In this document: positions 1 through 11,698 of the stretch, one piece after another
Position numbering within the stretch: the first letter of the stretch is position 1
Layout: every line of letters starts with the position of its first letter
Source of the DNA: Nostoc sp. DedSLP01
Lineage (GTDB): Bacteria; Cyanobacteriota; Cyanobacteriia; Cyanobacteriales; Nostocaceae
Length of the DNA stretch: 64,000 nt
Direction of reading: 5' to 3'
Assembly: GCA_034530875.2 (NCBI GenBank)
Contig: JAVRCJ020000007.1
Location: forward strand, 96,001-160,000
Notes under the pieces: generated by a model
Told to the model about the DNA's origin: nothing
Databases searched by the model: none
The model's input: the letters and a program-made list of their open reading frames with translations, nothing else
Program-made: the position numbers and the translations under genes

Positions 1-275
1 TCGATGATTCGCTGCACATCGAACACCGGATGATGACAAAATTGGAAGACAATGATTATGAGGAATTAGTAATTACCCTTGCGAAAGCTTTTGTTGAAAG
101 TAATTTGACTTGGGTAGAGTTTGAGCAAATGGCGAAGCGAATCACCGAAGGACATACTGATGACCAAATCATGCGAGAATTCAACGTCGATGCTCAAGTT
201 TTTCAACAACTATCTGCAATGATGACTCAAGGTTTGGGCTGCGACGATCTTAAGTGCATCAATCCATATTCCTAA
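1..275 (+). CDS. 3' part of a hypothetical protein (probably starts before the window)
   Basis: ORF 30..275. The frame is open upstream to the window edge (DDSLHIEHR-MMTK...). No family recognised. Confidence 0.5.
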   Translation, partial: DDSLHIEHRMMTKLEDNDYEELVITLAKAFVESNLTWVEFEQMAKRITEGHTDDQIMREFNVDAQVFQQLSAMMTQGLGCDDLKCINPYS

Positions 276-397
276 TACTAAAGATATTTGATAACTATTA
301 AGCGATCGCAGCTTCTTTATATATAAGTCCGCACCTCTTGATTATAAAGTTTTCATCGCAAGTATTTTTATTCTTGTGTTGCTCTCGCATTGCAATT

Positions 398-1327
398 TTA
401 ATCACAAGCGTGGCTAGAGGGAAACGTTTTATTGTAATTTGGTACTGTACAAAAAGGTCGGCGAAGCAATTTTTTACTGATACTGGTTGAGTTTGCCTCA
501 AATACTATCAAATGCAATACTTGTTCTAAGAAACGCCGTTTGTCAAAAATTCCTTGAATGAATACTTCTAACTCAGTTGCAGCCTTGGCAGGAAAGTCTT
601 CACCATCGATGGTCTGCCAAGGTAAAAACTCTTGCAAGTCCGAGGTTAATGTACCGACTCGTGCCTGATTTTGGCAAGTAATAACTAGCAATGTATTGTA
701 GAAAAACAGCTTCGGTATCTGTTGAAAGTAGGCTTCGATTCGCTCTTTACCTGCTTTGAAAGTTGCTTGTTCGTAACTTGAGTCGATTGAAACAATAACT
801 GCTAAGGGTAAACCGTTGATAAAAACAACTACATCAGGACAATGAACGTGGTTTCCCTCAACTACAGTCAATGGGTGAATAACTAGCCAATCATTGTTTA
901 GTAGATTATGTGGATCGACGAGCCACACCCGATCGCGAACGATTTCTTTATTGAAGAGGTATTCAAATTCAACACCATTGGTAAGAAGTTTGTGAAAGCG
1001 TTGATTGTTTTTCAGTAAGTCAGAATTCTGGAAGTCCCTAACTTGAGAGATAGCCGCAGCGATCGCTTGTTGTGGTTTTGTCGGGTTAATTTTTTGCAAA
1101 GCACTATGGAGGCGATCTTCCAAAATCACTTCTTTATAACTGCTGCGCCCTATCCGATACTTACCCAAAGCAATATCTGGCTCTAATAAAACCGTGTAGC
1201 CAATAACCTCGAACCAGGTAAGCAAAGATGGTATGTTCGCAAATTGTATAAAATGACAACTGGCGCGAAGTTTTTTTCTAACACGACTCGCCTTTACAGT
1301 TATTTGCCTGAGCTGCGCTGGATTCAT
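398..1327 (-). CDS. Stand-alone type I restriction enzyme R-subunit N-terminal (HSDR_N) domain protein, probably nuclease-inactive
   Basis: Motifs RSSYKEVILEDRL, NQRFHKLLTNGV, NNDWLVI and PDVVVFINGLPLAVI are typical of the HsdR N-terminus. It ends before the helicase motifs. Start codon uncertain. Confidence 0.75.
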   Translation of the reverse strand: MNPAQLRQITVKASRVRKKLRASCHFIQFANIPSLLTWFEVIGYTVLLEPDIALGKYRIGRSSYKEVILEDRLHSALQKINPTKPQQAIAAAISQVRDFQNSDLLKNNQRFHKLLTNGVEFEYLFNKEIVRDRVWLVDPHNLLNNDWLVIHPLTVVEGNHVHCPDVVVFINGLPLAVIVSIDSSYEQATFKAGKERIEAYFQQIPKLFFYNTLLVITCQNQARVGTLTSDLQEFLPWQTIDGEDFPAKAATELEVFIQGIFDKRRFLEQVLHLIVFEANSTSISKKLLRRPFCTVPNYNKTFPSSHACD

Positions 1328-1564
1328 GAGAATATAAGACTTGATTTTGAGTCAATGCACAAGCTCGCGCCTAGCTTGCTGACATTGGTTGGTATATTTG
1401 AAGATGACGTATACGGCTTGATACTAACTATCAAAGCTAAAATTGTTCTAGAATATTGTATCTACTGCTACATATTACCAATATTTTTGGTAATAATTCT
1501 ATTTCTGGCTAATCGACGACTCAGTGGCTAGATATAGAAGAACAGTTGTTATATCTGGCTGAAT

Positions 1565-2875
1565 TTAATATTTAACTTTTGTCTCCTGCTCTAAAAACAG
1601 GTTGCCAATATCAAACAAAAGCTGCATAGTACCTCGATAGCCAACTTTGGTAAACTGATTGGCATCTAAACGGTCAAAAATGGGAATACCTTGACGGTAG
1701 AGAGGAATTTTTAAACGTTGAGCGATCGCAACTGCATGAGAATTAGTTATGAGTAAATCAGAACCAACAGCCAGTTGCTCAAAGTCTTCTAAATCACCAA
1801 TAGTAACACTAGGAATCGGCAGTTTTTCTAATACAGGAGAACGCGTTGTCGTCACTGCCGCGTGAATTTGCACTCCCAGCGATTGCAAGAAATAAACTAT
1901 TAACCAAAGTAAATCTGGTTCCAATGCTAAAGCAACTCGCTTGGAACCAAAATAAAAATGATTCTCTAACATCAAATATTGCAACTGACGGCGCTGCTGG
2001 CGATATTTCTCTGCTACGCTAACACCACTGATATCCGCCAATGCTTGCAAGAATTTATCTACTGCTATTAGTCCCGTGAGTTCGCCAAACACCTCATAAG
2101 GGATGTTGAATCTCTTTTCTAAAATTTGTGCAGCACCGCGCATACTTTCACCTAATGCCAAAGTGAACGCAGAACTAGCAATTGAGCGCAACTGTTCTAA
2201 AGTCGTGCCATTTGCTGTCATGACACCAGAAGAATCTTCTATGCGAGCATCTAGAACGCCAGAAAGGTCAGGTACAACAATTGGTACAAGTCCAAAGGAG
2301 GTAACAATCTCTTTAATTTCTCGTACATCCCCAGGAGTGAAAGCAGAACTCACCAAAATTGTGATTTGTGTTGGGCAAGCCTTTTGCTTTGAGCATTTTT
2401 CGGGAATTTCCTTAACTATACTCTCGACTGCACTAGCAAACCCATCCTGCAATGTACCCTTAAAATCTGGTGTAGAGACAAGCACAATTGGTAAATAATC
2501 TAATTCTGGATGGCGGTGGCGAATCTCCTTGACAAAGCGTTCCATGTCATCACCTCTAGTTTCCACAAGTCCAGTAGTACAAAGACCGATAATTTCCGGT
2601 TTTGATTTCTTTACCAACGTGAGAATTGCTTGTTCGACTCTCTCCTCACCACCCAAAATCGTTGCAACTTCCGTCATCGCGGTAGTAGAAAGAGGAATCG
2701 TCTGACGAAAATGTTGTACTAACACTGTCTTTGTCAAAGCTGTGCAACCTTGAGAACCGTGTAATAAAGGCATCATTCCCTTCACTCCCAAAAAAGCCAA
2801 GGTTGCACCTATAGCTTGACTTTGCTTGAGAGGATTAACTGCTACTGATGTACTTGTAATGCTAACAATTGCCAT
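1565..2875 (-). CDS. nifN: NifN-like nitrogenase cofactor scaffold beta subunit (second-copy paralogue)
   Basis: MAIV...VNPLKQSQAIGATLAFLG..HGSQGC..IPLSTTAMTE. The ATG at 2875 overlaps the nifE stop (TAATG), so it is preferred to the ORF-track start at 2926. Confidence 0.9.
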   Translation of the reverse strand: MAIVSITSTSVAVNPLKQSQAIGATLAFLGVKGMMPLLHGSQGCTALTKTVLVQHFRQTIPLSTTAMTEVATILGGEERVEQAILTLVKKSKPEIIGLCTTGLVETRGDDMERFVKEIRHRHPELDYLPIVLVSTPDFKGTLQDGFASAVESIVKEIPEKCSKQKACPTQITILVSSAFTPGDVREIKEIVTSFGLVPIVVPDLSGVLDARIEDSSGVMTANGTTLEQLRSIASSAFTLALGESMRGAAQILEKRFNIPYEVFGELTGLIAVDKFLQALADISGVSVAEKYRQQRRQLQYLMLENHFYFGSKRVALALEPDLLWLIVYFLQSLGVQIHAAVTTTRSPVLEKLPIPSVTIGDLEDFEQLAVGSDLLITNSHAVAIAQRLKIPLYRQGIPIFDRLDANQFTKVGYRGTMQLLFDIGNLFLEQETKVKY

Positions 2876-4275
2876 TAGATTTCCTCCAATGAAGTAGGGG
2901 ATGAGGCAGAATTTTCTATTTCCCACGGAGCAGTCTGGCGTACTTGCTCCCAGACAGGATTATAAAAAGTGACATATAATTCTCGCGCCAATTCCAATAT
3001 TCCTGTATAACCTGTATAGGCGCGATCGCCTTGTCTATTAATATCTAAGAACGGAATCTTAGCTATTAGAGCAGTGTCTAGATATCGGCTATCAGTAATT
3101 AAAATATCAGCTTGATTATTGTTGATTACCTGCAAGATTTCTTGAGGAGCGTCTGATTCTAAAACTATGGTATCTCGACCTAGCAAACTTTTAAGTCTAA
3201 CTAATTCGTCTTCATTATTACTCTTAGTACAGATAGCAATCACTTCCATCCCTAGTTTTTGGGCTGCAAAGATAATCAACCAACTTTTGAAATTTTTAAG
3301 AGAAAGAACAATGCGTTTTCCTTGCAATCGAGTACCATAATGAGTGAGTTTTGATTCTAAAGCACTAGTTTCTTCTGCAATTAACTTTTCGGTACGTTCT
3401 ACTAAATCAGTATCTCCCAACTTGGTAGCAATATTTCTTAAACACTGATTAATTTGTTCTATACCATAAATAGATTCTTCAATATATGGAATACCATAGA
3501 CTTTCTCCATTTTTTCCGCTACATTAATTAACGCTTTTGAAGACAATACAACGTTAAGCTTGGCATGATGAGCGTAGCAAACTTCTTTATAAAGAGCATC
3601 ACCTGTAATTTTTGATAAAACTCGGATACCTAATTTCTCTAACAAAGGTAGAAAGTTCCATATTGCACCTGCGATATTGTACTCACCAATCAGGTTAATA
3701 TCTAATGGTGTAGTAACATCTGGTTGGGCTGTTCCAATAACGTGTTCTAGTAAAGCTTCGCCAGCAACCCGGTTCCCCAAATTTTGACTGCCAATAAATC
3801 CAGGACAATGTACGGGAATAGTTGGTACTCCTGTTTTTTCAGTAATATTATTGCATATTCCTTCTATATCATCACCAATTAAAGCAGTAATACAGGTAGA
3901 GTAGACAAATACTGCACTTGGTTTGTAGCGTCTTTGTAATTCTAGAATGCCTTTGTACAGCTTTTTCGCTCCACCGAAGATAATATCGCTCTCATCTATG
4001 TCAGTAGTAAACCGTATTTTATAGAGCATCGAACCAGAAGAAAGACTGGTGTAATTTCCCCAAATACTAGCAGCACAGCCACTCGGTCCGTGGACTACAT
4101 GAGCAGCATCAGTAATTGGCACTAAAGTAATCATTGCACTATCAAAAGCACAACTTCCTTGAGCAGTTCCAGGCTGGGGTAATTGTGTAGAAGGCTTTTT
4201 TTTCTGGCGTTGCTGTTGGTTTTCGCCCTTTGATTCACTGAACGAATCATTGATTTTTTTAGGTTGAGAGTTCAT
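2875..4275 (-). CDS. nifE: Divergent NifE-like nitrogenase cofactor scaffold alpha subunit
   Basis: QPGTAQGSCAFD, PITDAAHVVHGPSGC, VYSTCITALIGDD, INLIGEYNIAG. Coupled to nifN. Confidence 0.9.
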   Translation of the reverse strand: MNSQPKKINDSFSESKGENQQQRQKKKPSTQLPQPGTAQGSCAFDSAMITLVPITDAAHVVHGPSGCAASIWGNYTSLSSGSMLYKIRFTTDIDESDIIFGGAKKLYKGILELQRRYKPSAVFVYSTCITALIGDDIEGICNNITEKTGVPTIPVHCPGFIGSQNLGNRVAGEALLEHVIGTAQPDVTTPLDINLIGEYNIAGAIWNFLPLLEKLGIRVLSKITGDALYKEVCYAHHAKLNVVLSSKALINVAEKMEKVYGIPYIEESIYGIEQINQCLRNIATKLGDTDLVERTEKLIAEETSALESKLTHYGTRLQGKRIVLSLKNFKSWLIIFAAQKLGMEVIAICTKSNNEDELVRLKSLLGRDTIVLESDAPQEILQVINNNQADILITDSRYLDTALIAKIPFLDINRQGDRAYTGYTGILELARELYVTFYNPVWEQVRQTAPWEIENSASSPTSLEEI

Positions 4276-4380
4276 TTTTTTAGGGAAAAGAGGTAGGAGT
4301 TATGATGTGGTAGCTAAATTGACAAAAATTGAGCAAGAATTTTATTTACTCGACGATATATTTCTAGCATCAAAGAAAAA

Positions 4381-4407
4381 GGAATGAGAAAGAGAATTTC
4401 TCATTCC
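4381..4407 (-). terminator. Hairpin plus U-tract between nifH and nifE
   Basis: GGAATGAGAAA-gagaa-TTTCTCATTCC is a perfect 11-bp stem, followed on the minus strand by a T-rich run. Confidence 0.5.
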
Positions 4408-4686
4408 CTAAACAATGACCAACCAATTAATAGAAGGAGTAAACAAAAAACAACAACAGCGGTTTGACCGCGTAAATATTAACAGATTAATTTCTCTTAG
4501 GAGAACTTGAAGAATTCACAAGCCGTAATTGGGATTAATCTGTTATTTGGAGAAAATTCTACTGATTTGATTGAACTTCCAGATAGTTTTAATGGTGAGG
4601 GAAAGTGAGCTAATTGCCCCCTTAATTGTTTCCGTTCCTTAGCGAGTTCTGCTATTTCTTAAGCAATCACAAAAGTCTGGCTTTTT

Positions 4687-5715
<1,029 letters not shown>

Positions 5716-6075
5716 TTACAGATGTAACCTCCTTGAGAACGTCGTTGTCGGCGTTGTACGCACCGGCGGCGATGCCTACGGCGGGCTGCGCCAACGCTCT
5801 ACAGCAAAAACATCTACTATTGAATACATACGAGGCGTTGTAAAATATTTGGTTTGTTCTAATTAACGATAAGATTGCATCAAATGTACGGTTTGAGATG
5901 ATGCGTCACGGTACATTTGAAATCACAAAAAGTTGAGATATACTTCTTGTTGAATCTTCGATGGATATTGCAAGTATTTCCAGACTCTCAGTTATAAAGC
6001 GATCGCAACAGGAATTTAAATTTAGGCAGAGTTTTTCCCGAAACCACACAACCAATTTGACAAAAGCAATTGACT

Positions 6076-6303
6076 CTAAACAGTTGCTACCACTTACCCA
6101 ATTTTGCTGATATCGTAGCCTTGACAGCCAAGTGCCTTTGCTAGGCGGAGTGTTATGGTCACTGAGGGAGCGTATTGTCCCGACTCTACACCACTAGTCG
6201 TTTGACGAGTTACACTAGCTAGGTTTCCCAAATCCTGTTGGCTCATACCTAAGCAGGTTCTAATTGACTTCAAGTTGCTACGGAGATCGTTATCCTGCTT
6301 CAT
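6076..6303 (-). pseudogene. Remnant of an XRE-HTH plus periplasmic-binding (molybdate-type) regulator, VnfR-like, with large internal deletion
   Basis: The HTH_3 N-terminus (LKSIRTCLGMSQQDL...TRQT.SGVESGQYAPSV..LRLAKALGCQ) is joined directly to GYDISKIG*VVATV*, which resembles the extreme C-terminus of PBP-like regulators. Confidence 0.65.
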
Positions 6304-6774
6304 TGGCTTGAGCTATTTTCAGTTTCAAAAAGCCGAGCGCGGATTTAACTTGTATCTACCAAGGCGAAAGTATATTTACATCATTTGTCTTAGACAAGAT
6401 AATTGTGCTTTCGCTGTTTTGATTCCCTCTATTCAAAGAATATCATACAATTTGCAATTTTCCTTGCGAAGCGCAATTTTTTTTGCTGGAGATTATTTTT
6501 TAGCTGATAGTTATGGCTCAGAACTCGCCAATCATCGATAACAAAGGATTTTTCTGCTATTCGATTATTACCAACTTTTATGGTAAAAAGTGGTTCGCAA
6601 TACAGTTTTGCAAATTCATTTGGGTTTTAATGTTTAAGGGGCGACAATCAGCGCAAAACTAAACCAGATAAAGGTTTTGCAGGCACATACTCCTTGAAAA
6701 AATTAGGTGCTTAATATAGCGATCGCACTGATGTTTGGAGTCGAAGCCGTTGACCTTCGTACACATGTAATTGC

Positions 6775-6915
6775 TGGTTATTCAGACAAAAAACCCACAG
6801 GCAAAGAACTTACCGAAGAACAAAAACAATCCTATCGCAAAAAAGTAGCGATGTCTTTGACAACTTCTTCGGGGAACGCGTTAAATGTGAAAACTCACGC
6901 TGGCAAGCTAAATTG
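6775..6915 (+). mobile_element. Degenerate IS transposase fragment (DDE_Tnp_4 / IS5-like)
   Basis: Translates to KKPTGKELTEEQKQ, then after an interruption to RVKCE.(fs)HAG. This matches the C-terminal motif of cyanobacterial DDE_Tnp_4 transposases. Confidence 0.55.
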
Positions 6916-6984
6916 CAACTCTGTTTTGGGCAAAGGTACAGAGTTGATGATTGCAATTTCAGCGTGAGTATTAAATCTGTGTTG

Positions 6985-9111
6985 TTAAATTAGACGGCGT
7001 AAGACTACAATTGAGCGCTCTGTAACTGGTACAGTTTGCTCGCCGATAATAAACTTTCCTGGGCTAATAAACCGAGGTTCGTCAGTGTTAATCACCATTT
7101 CCCATTCTCTATCCTTGAAAACATTGGGTAATGTAAACTCAATCATCTCGTAATGAGCGTTAAAAAATAGCAGAAAACTTTCATCAATAATACGTTCGCC
7201 ACGGGGGCCTGGAGTAACAATCCCCTCGCCATTCAAGAAGATTTGCATTACTTTGGCATAACTAACTAGCCACTGCTTTTCAGTCATCTTACTACCATCG
7301 GCATTGAACCAACCGATATCGCTGATGCCAAAACCGTGAATCGGCCGACCTTGAAACCACTTACGCCTTCTAAATACTGGATGTTGATGGCGGAAATAGA
7401 TAAGTTCCCGAGTAAAGTCTAAAAGTTCCGCATTTGACTTTTGTAAACCCCAGTCACGCCAAGAAATTTCATTGTCTTGGCAATATACATTATTGTTGCC
7501 CTTCTGAGTACAGCCAATTTCGTCCCCTCCTAGCAACATGGGAACACCTTGAGAGAGCATGAGAGTTGCTAAAAAGTTTCGTTGCTGGCGCGATCGCAAT
7601 TTTATCACCTCTAAGTCATCAGTTTCCCCTTCAACACCGCAATTCCAAGATCTGTTGTGGCTTTCTCCATCTCGGTTATCTTCTCCATTAGCCTCGTTAT
7701 GCTTTTGGTTGTAACTGACCAAATCGTTGAGGGTAAAGCCATCGTGAGCAGTAATAAAATTAATACTTGCATGGGGATTGCGTCCGTTTGTTTGATACAG
7801 ATCGGGACTGCCAGTAAAACAGTAAGCAAATTGTCCGAGACTATCATCTTCACCACGCCAAAAATCTCGCACAGTATCCCGATATCTGCCATTCCATTCA
7901 GACCAGCGTAAGGGAAAATTACCTACCTGATAGCCTCCCTCTCCCAAGTCCCAAGGTTCAGCAATTAGCTTAACATCAGCTAATATTGGGTCTTGATGAA
8001 TAATATCAAAGAAAGCTGCTAGATTATCAACCTCATATAGTTCTCGTGCTAATGCTGAAGCTAAATCAAAGCGAAAGCCATCAACATGCATTTCTGTTAC
8101 CCAATAGCGTAGGCTATCCATGATTAATTTGAGAACTTGGGCATGACTCACGTTAAGAGAATTACCGCAGCCTGTAAAATCCATGTAGTACCGCGGATCG
8201 TCCTTGACCAAGCGGTAGTACACGCTATTGTCAATGCCTCGCAGTGACAGTGTAGGGCCTAAATGATTGCCTTCACCAGTATGGTTGTAGACTACATCTA
8301 AAATCACCTCAATTCCAGCAAAGTGCAAAGCTTTGACCATCTGCTTGAACTCAGTGACTTGTTGACCTAGAGTTCCACTAGCACTATAACCAGAGTGGGG
8401 TGTGAAATAATTGATGGAATCGTAGCCCCAATAGTTTTTCAGTCCTTTATCTACTAAAAATCCCGGACGAGATAAAAACTGATGTACGGGCATCAATTCT
8501 ACGGCTGTGATTCCTAGTTGTTGAAGATATTGAATTGCAGCCGGATGTGCCAGTCCAGCATAAGTACCGCGTAATTGTTCTGGAATTTCTGGGTGTAATT
8601 TAGTAAAACCTTTAACATGAGTTTCGTAAATAATGGTTTCGTGCCACGGTCTATTCAGTAATTTGTCATCTCCCCAATCAAAAGATTCATCGATCACAAT
8701 ACACTTCGGCACTATTGGGGCGCTATCTAGATCGGAAAAAGCTAGGTCTTGTTCGGGAGCATCTAAACAATAGCCAAAGATAGCTGAGGTATCATTAATT
8801 TCACCATCAATTGCTTTGGCATAAGGATCTATTAGTAATTTATTAGGGTTAAAGCGATGACCCACTTCTGGCGCCCAAGGCCCGTGTACTCTAAATCCAT
8901 AACGTTGTCCGGGGCCTACTCCTGGTAGATAAGCGTGCCAAACAAAATTGTTCTTTTCTGTCAGAGGTAAGCGGATCTCATTACCGTCAGCATCAAATAA
9001 ACAAAGTTCTACACCGGTTGCATTCTCTGAAAATAAAGCAAAGTTTGTGCCTTGCCCATCCCAAGTAGCACCTAAAGGATATACGTTCCCTGGCCATACA
9101 GGTAAATACAT
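6985..9111 (-). CDS. glgX: Glycogen debranching enzyme (GH13 isoamylase)
   Basis: [57 protein letters not shown]. Confidence 0.97.
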   Translation of the reverse strand: MYLPVWPGNVYPLGATWDGQGTNFALFSENATGVELCLFDADGNEIRLPLTEKNNFVWHAYLPGVGPGQRYGFRVHGPWAPEVGHRFNPNKLLIDPYAKAIDGEINDTSAIFGYCLDAPEQDLAFSDLDSAPIVPKCIVIDESFDWGDDKLLNRPWHETIIYETHVKGFTKLHPEIPEQLRGTYAGLAHPAAIQYLQQLGITAVELMPVHQFLSRPGFLVDKGLKNYWGYDSINYFTPHSGYSASGTLGQQVTEFKQMVKALHFAGIEVILDVVYNHTGEGNHLGPTLSLRGIDNSVYYRLVKDDPRYYMDFTGCGNSLNVSHAQVLKLIMDSLRYWVTEMHVDGFRFDLASALARELYEVDNLAAFFDIIHQDPILADVKLIAEPWDLGEGGYQVGNFPLRWSEWNGRYRDTVRDFWRGEDDSLGQFAYCFTGSPDLYQTNGRNPHASINFITAHDGFTLNDLVSYNQKHNEANGEDNRDGESHNRSWNCGVEGETDDLEVIKLRSRQQRNFLATLMLSQGVPMLLGGDEIGCTQKGNNNVYCQDNEISWRDWGLQKSNAELLDFTRELIYFRHQHPVFRRRKWFQGRPIHGFGISDIGWFNADGSKMTEKQWLVSYAKVMQIFLNGEGIVTPGPRGERIIDESFLLFFNAHYEMIEFTLPNVFKDREWEMVINTDEPRFISPGKFIIGEQTVPVTERSIVVLRRLI

Positions 9112-9499
9112 AAGTAAAATTCCAATAACTAATTTTTGCTTCTAAATAACATTCAAGGTGTTACAAGTAAATAATTTAAGTAAATACATTGGCACATCAA
9201 GTCGAAACAAGCACTTAAAAACTCCCTATCTACAAAGTTAATAAATTGTTTAAAAAGTTTATCAATCGCAGCTTTTAAACTTAATAATCTGACTTGGATA
9301 CCAGATGAATACATCCACCATAGTGATTAAAAGTAACTCCCTCATTGTAGAGATTTACTTAAAATATCTTTTGTGTAATAGGTTATTTATATAGTAAAAA
9401 TAAAATTACTGGTTTTTACCTTCTGCCTTGGAGCCTTCTGCCTTATACTTAGCTTGGAGAATGGATTCCCAGAGGGTAATTGAAAGGATTAATTTAGCA

Positions 9500-11443
9500 T
9501 TATTGCAATTCTGTGATGGAAAATAGTCGTTGTCTGTCTATTTGCTGAAGCTTGAGTTTTTCGGTGTAAAAAGCCTGATAATAAGATTGATACTTTTCTG
9601 GTTCGGCTTCAGGATCGGTTTGCTGCCATAGTTCTAAAAAGTGACGATAGCGTTTTTCTAACATGACCAAATCCATGCAAGCGATCGCAGCTTGAACTAC
9701 CTGCGGAGTTCGCAGTATTTCTTTTTTAGTTTTCTCGTTCAAATGAAACAGATGCGATACTATTGTCAAGTCTTCTGATAATTCTAAATATCGATTTTGC
9801 AAAGTTGAAATTAAATCTATTTCTTCCACCGCTGTTTCTAAAATCTGCCGCCACAAAAATCTATGATGGGAAAGGCTAAATTGCAAATCTCGTTCTTCTA
9901 GTTCGTCAAGAATTGCTTGACGTTGTTCGGGGCAATGCAAGTAAATTCGCAGTAATAAAGCTTCTGCGTGTTCTAAAAGACTGCGTTCGTTAGGCAGTGT
10001 AGAGACGCGATTCATCGCGTCTGTAGAGAATGGGGAAAATTTAGCATCTCCCCATGCTTTTTTTGCTGATATAGGTTTAGAATATGTAGGCGCAGGGGGA
10101 GCAATTTGAGTTAATAAATTTTCAACTCGTAGGGGTATAAGTCTGGTATCCCCCAAACTCAGAATTTCTGCACAATAAGAAACATAATAATTCCGCGTAT
10201 CGCTATTAGCTATATTTTTCAGTAATTTAACTATTTGCTGAGTTACTTGTTGAAAATCGGTAGCCTGTTTTAAGTCGCGGTCTTTAATAATTTGTTGAAT
10301 TTGCCAGTCTAGCCAAAGAGGGGCATTTTCTAATAGTTGAATATAATCTTCTGGAGTTCGTTCGCGCAAATATTCATCAGCATCTTTACCATTAGGTAAA
10401 TTCAGAATTTTTAACTGAACTTCTCCTTTATATGCTAATTCGGCAATTTCACCGATCGCTCTTTCAGTTGCATTGGTTCCGGCTTTATCGGCATCAAAGT
10501 TGAGGATTAATTGTTTCGATTCGGTGTAACGTAATATTAGCCGCACTTGGTCTAAGCTTAAGGCTGTACCAAGAGAAGCAACGGCGTTATTAATCCCAGC
10601 GGCGTGGAGGGCGATCGCATCAAAATATCCCTCTACTACCACGGCTTTATCGAGTTGGGAAATCCCGGTTTTGGCTCGATCGAGGGCAAATAATGTTTTA
10701 CCTTTACTAAAAAGTTCGGTTTCCGGTGAATTGAGATATTTAGGTTGTTCGTCAGTCAGGGTTCTACCGCCAAAAGCAATGACGCGTCCTTGCACATCGC
10801 GGATGGGAATCATGAGGCGATCGCGGAAGACATCATAATAACCGCCGCCTTCTTTGCGCGGTTTAATTAATCCGGCTTTTTCCACCAGTTGCACTGGATA
10901 ATGTTTGTCTTCCACCAAATAGCGATAGAGAGTTTCCCAACTGGCGGGGGCGTAACCTAAACCAAACTGCTGTATTGTTTCTTCTTGAAATTTGCGATCG
11001 TTTCGTAAATATTGAAGTGCCTTTTGTCCTTGGGATTGTCTCAAGGCATGTTGATAAAACTGGGCGCAGGAAGCCAGAACTTCATATAATTGTTCGCGCA
11101 AAGACAGATGGCGCTGTAATTCTTGACGTTGTTCTGGTTCTAGGGTTTGTACGGGTATTTGATAGCGCCGTGCTAAATCCAGCACTACCTCAGCAAAAGA
11201 ACGTTTTCCCACCTCCATGACAAATTTGATGGCATTTCCCCCGGCTTGACAGCCGAAGCAATAATACATTTGCTTTGTCTGGCTGACAGTGAAACTGGGA
11301 GATTTTTCGTCGTGGAAGGGACACAACCCGACAAAATCCTTCCCGCGTTTGCGTAAGACTACATACTCCGATACCACATCAACAATATCAGCCCGGAGTT
11401 TAACTTCTTCAATTGTGTCTGGGTGCAAGCGTGGGATTTGCAT
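9500..11443 (-). CDS. dnaG: DNA primase
   Basis: Zn finger CPFHDEKSPSF...YYCFGC, KYLNSPET, TOPRIM motifs VEGYFD and DADKAG, KDADEY. The true start is MQIPRLHP at 11443; the upstream ORF extension is STRR-derived. Confidence 0.97.
   Translation of the reverse strand: MQIPRLHPDTIEEVKLRADIVDVVSEYVVLRKRGKDFVGLCPFHDEKSPSFTVSQTKQMYYCFGCQAGGNAIKFVMEVGKRSFAEVVLDLARRYQIPVQTLEPEQRQELQRHLSLREQLYEVLASCAQFYQHALRQSQGQKALQYLRNDRKFQEETIQQFGLGYAPASWETLYRYLVEDKHYPVQLVEKAGLIKPRKEGGGYYDVFRDRLMIPIRDVQGRVIAFGGRTLTDEQPKYLNSPETELFSKGKTLFALDRAKTGISQLDKAVVVEGYFDAIALHAAGINNAVASLGTALSLDQVRLILRYTESKQLILNFDADKAGTNATERAIGEIAELAYKGEVQLKILNLPNGKDADEYLRERTPEDYIQLLENAPLWLDWQIQQIIKDRDLKQATDFQQVTQQIVKLLKNIANSDTRNYYVSYCAEILSLGDTRLIPLRVENLLTQIAPPAPTYSKPISAKKAWGDAKFSPFSTDAMNRVSTLPNERSLLEHAEALLLRIYLHCPEQRQAILDELEERDLQFSLSHHRFLWRQILETAVEEIDLISTLQNRYLELSEDLTIVSHLFHLNEKTKKEILRTPQVVQAAIACMDLVMLEKRYRHFLELWQQTDPEAEPEKYQSYYQAFYTEKLKLQQIDRQRLFSITELQ
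9999..10026. repeat. REP-like palindrome inside the dnaG coding sequence
   Basis: GTAGAGACGCGATTCATCGCGTCTGTAG, near-identical to the intergenic palindrome at 52471..52498. Confidence 0.8.
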
Positions 11444-11449
11444 AGGATT

Positions 11450-11565
11450 GGGCATGGGGCATGGGGCATTGGGCATTGGGCATTGGGAAAGAGGCAGGGG
11501 GCAAGGGGGAGAATTAAAAATTACCTCTTTTCTCCCACTCCCCACTCCCTACTCCCTACTCCCTT
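11450..11565. repeat. STRR heptamer tandem repeats (GGGCATT/G and CCCCACT/CCCTACT)
   Basis: Directly visible tandem heptamers upstream of dnaG. Confidence 0.85.
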
Positions 11566-11698
11566 CTCATATCAAGTTTAGAGAAATAACAAAGGACAAA
11601 TGACTTTGGACTTCTGATAGCTATTATATTGTTGTTGCGAAGCCACCTATTATTTCTAGAATTGCTTACGCTTAATTTTATCAGAGGAAATACTGAAG

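Noticed and set aside
9460..9490. Sequence ending ATTGAAAG, resembling a cyanobacterial CRISPR repeat end
   Set aside because: It is a single, poorly matching copy with no second repeat at spacer distance.
11444..11545. Pro/Cys-rich N-terminal extension of DnaG in the ORF track
   Set aside because: It is translated STRR heptamer DNA; the conserved start is MQIPRLHP at 11443.
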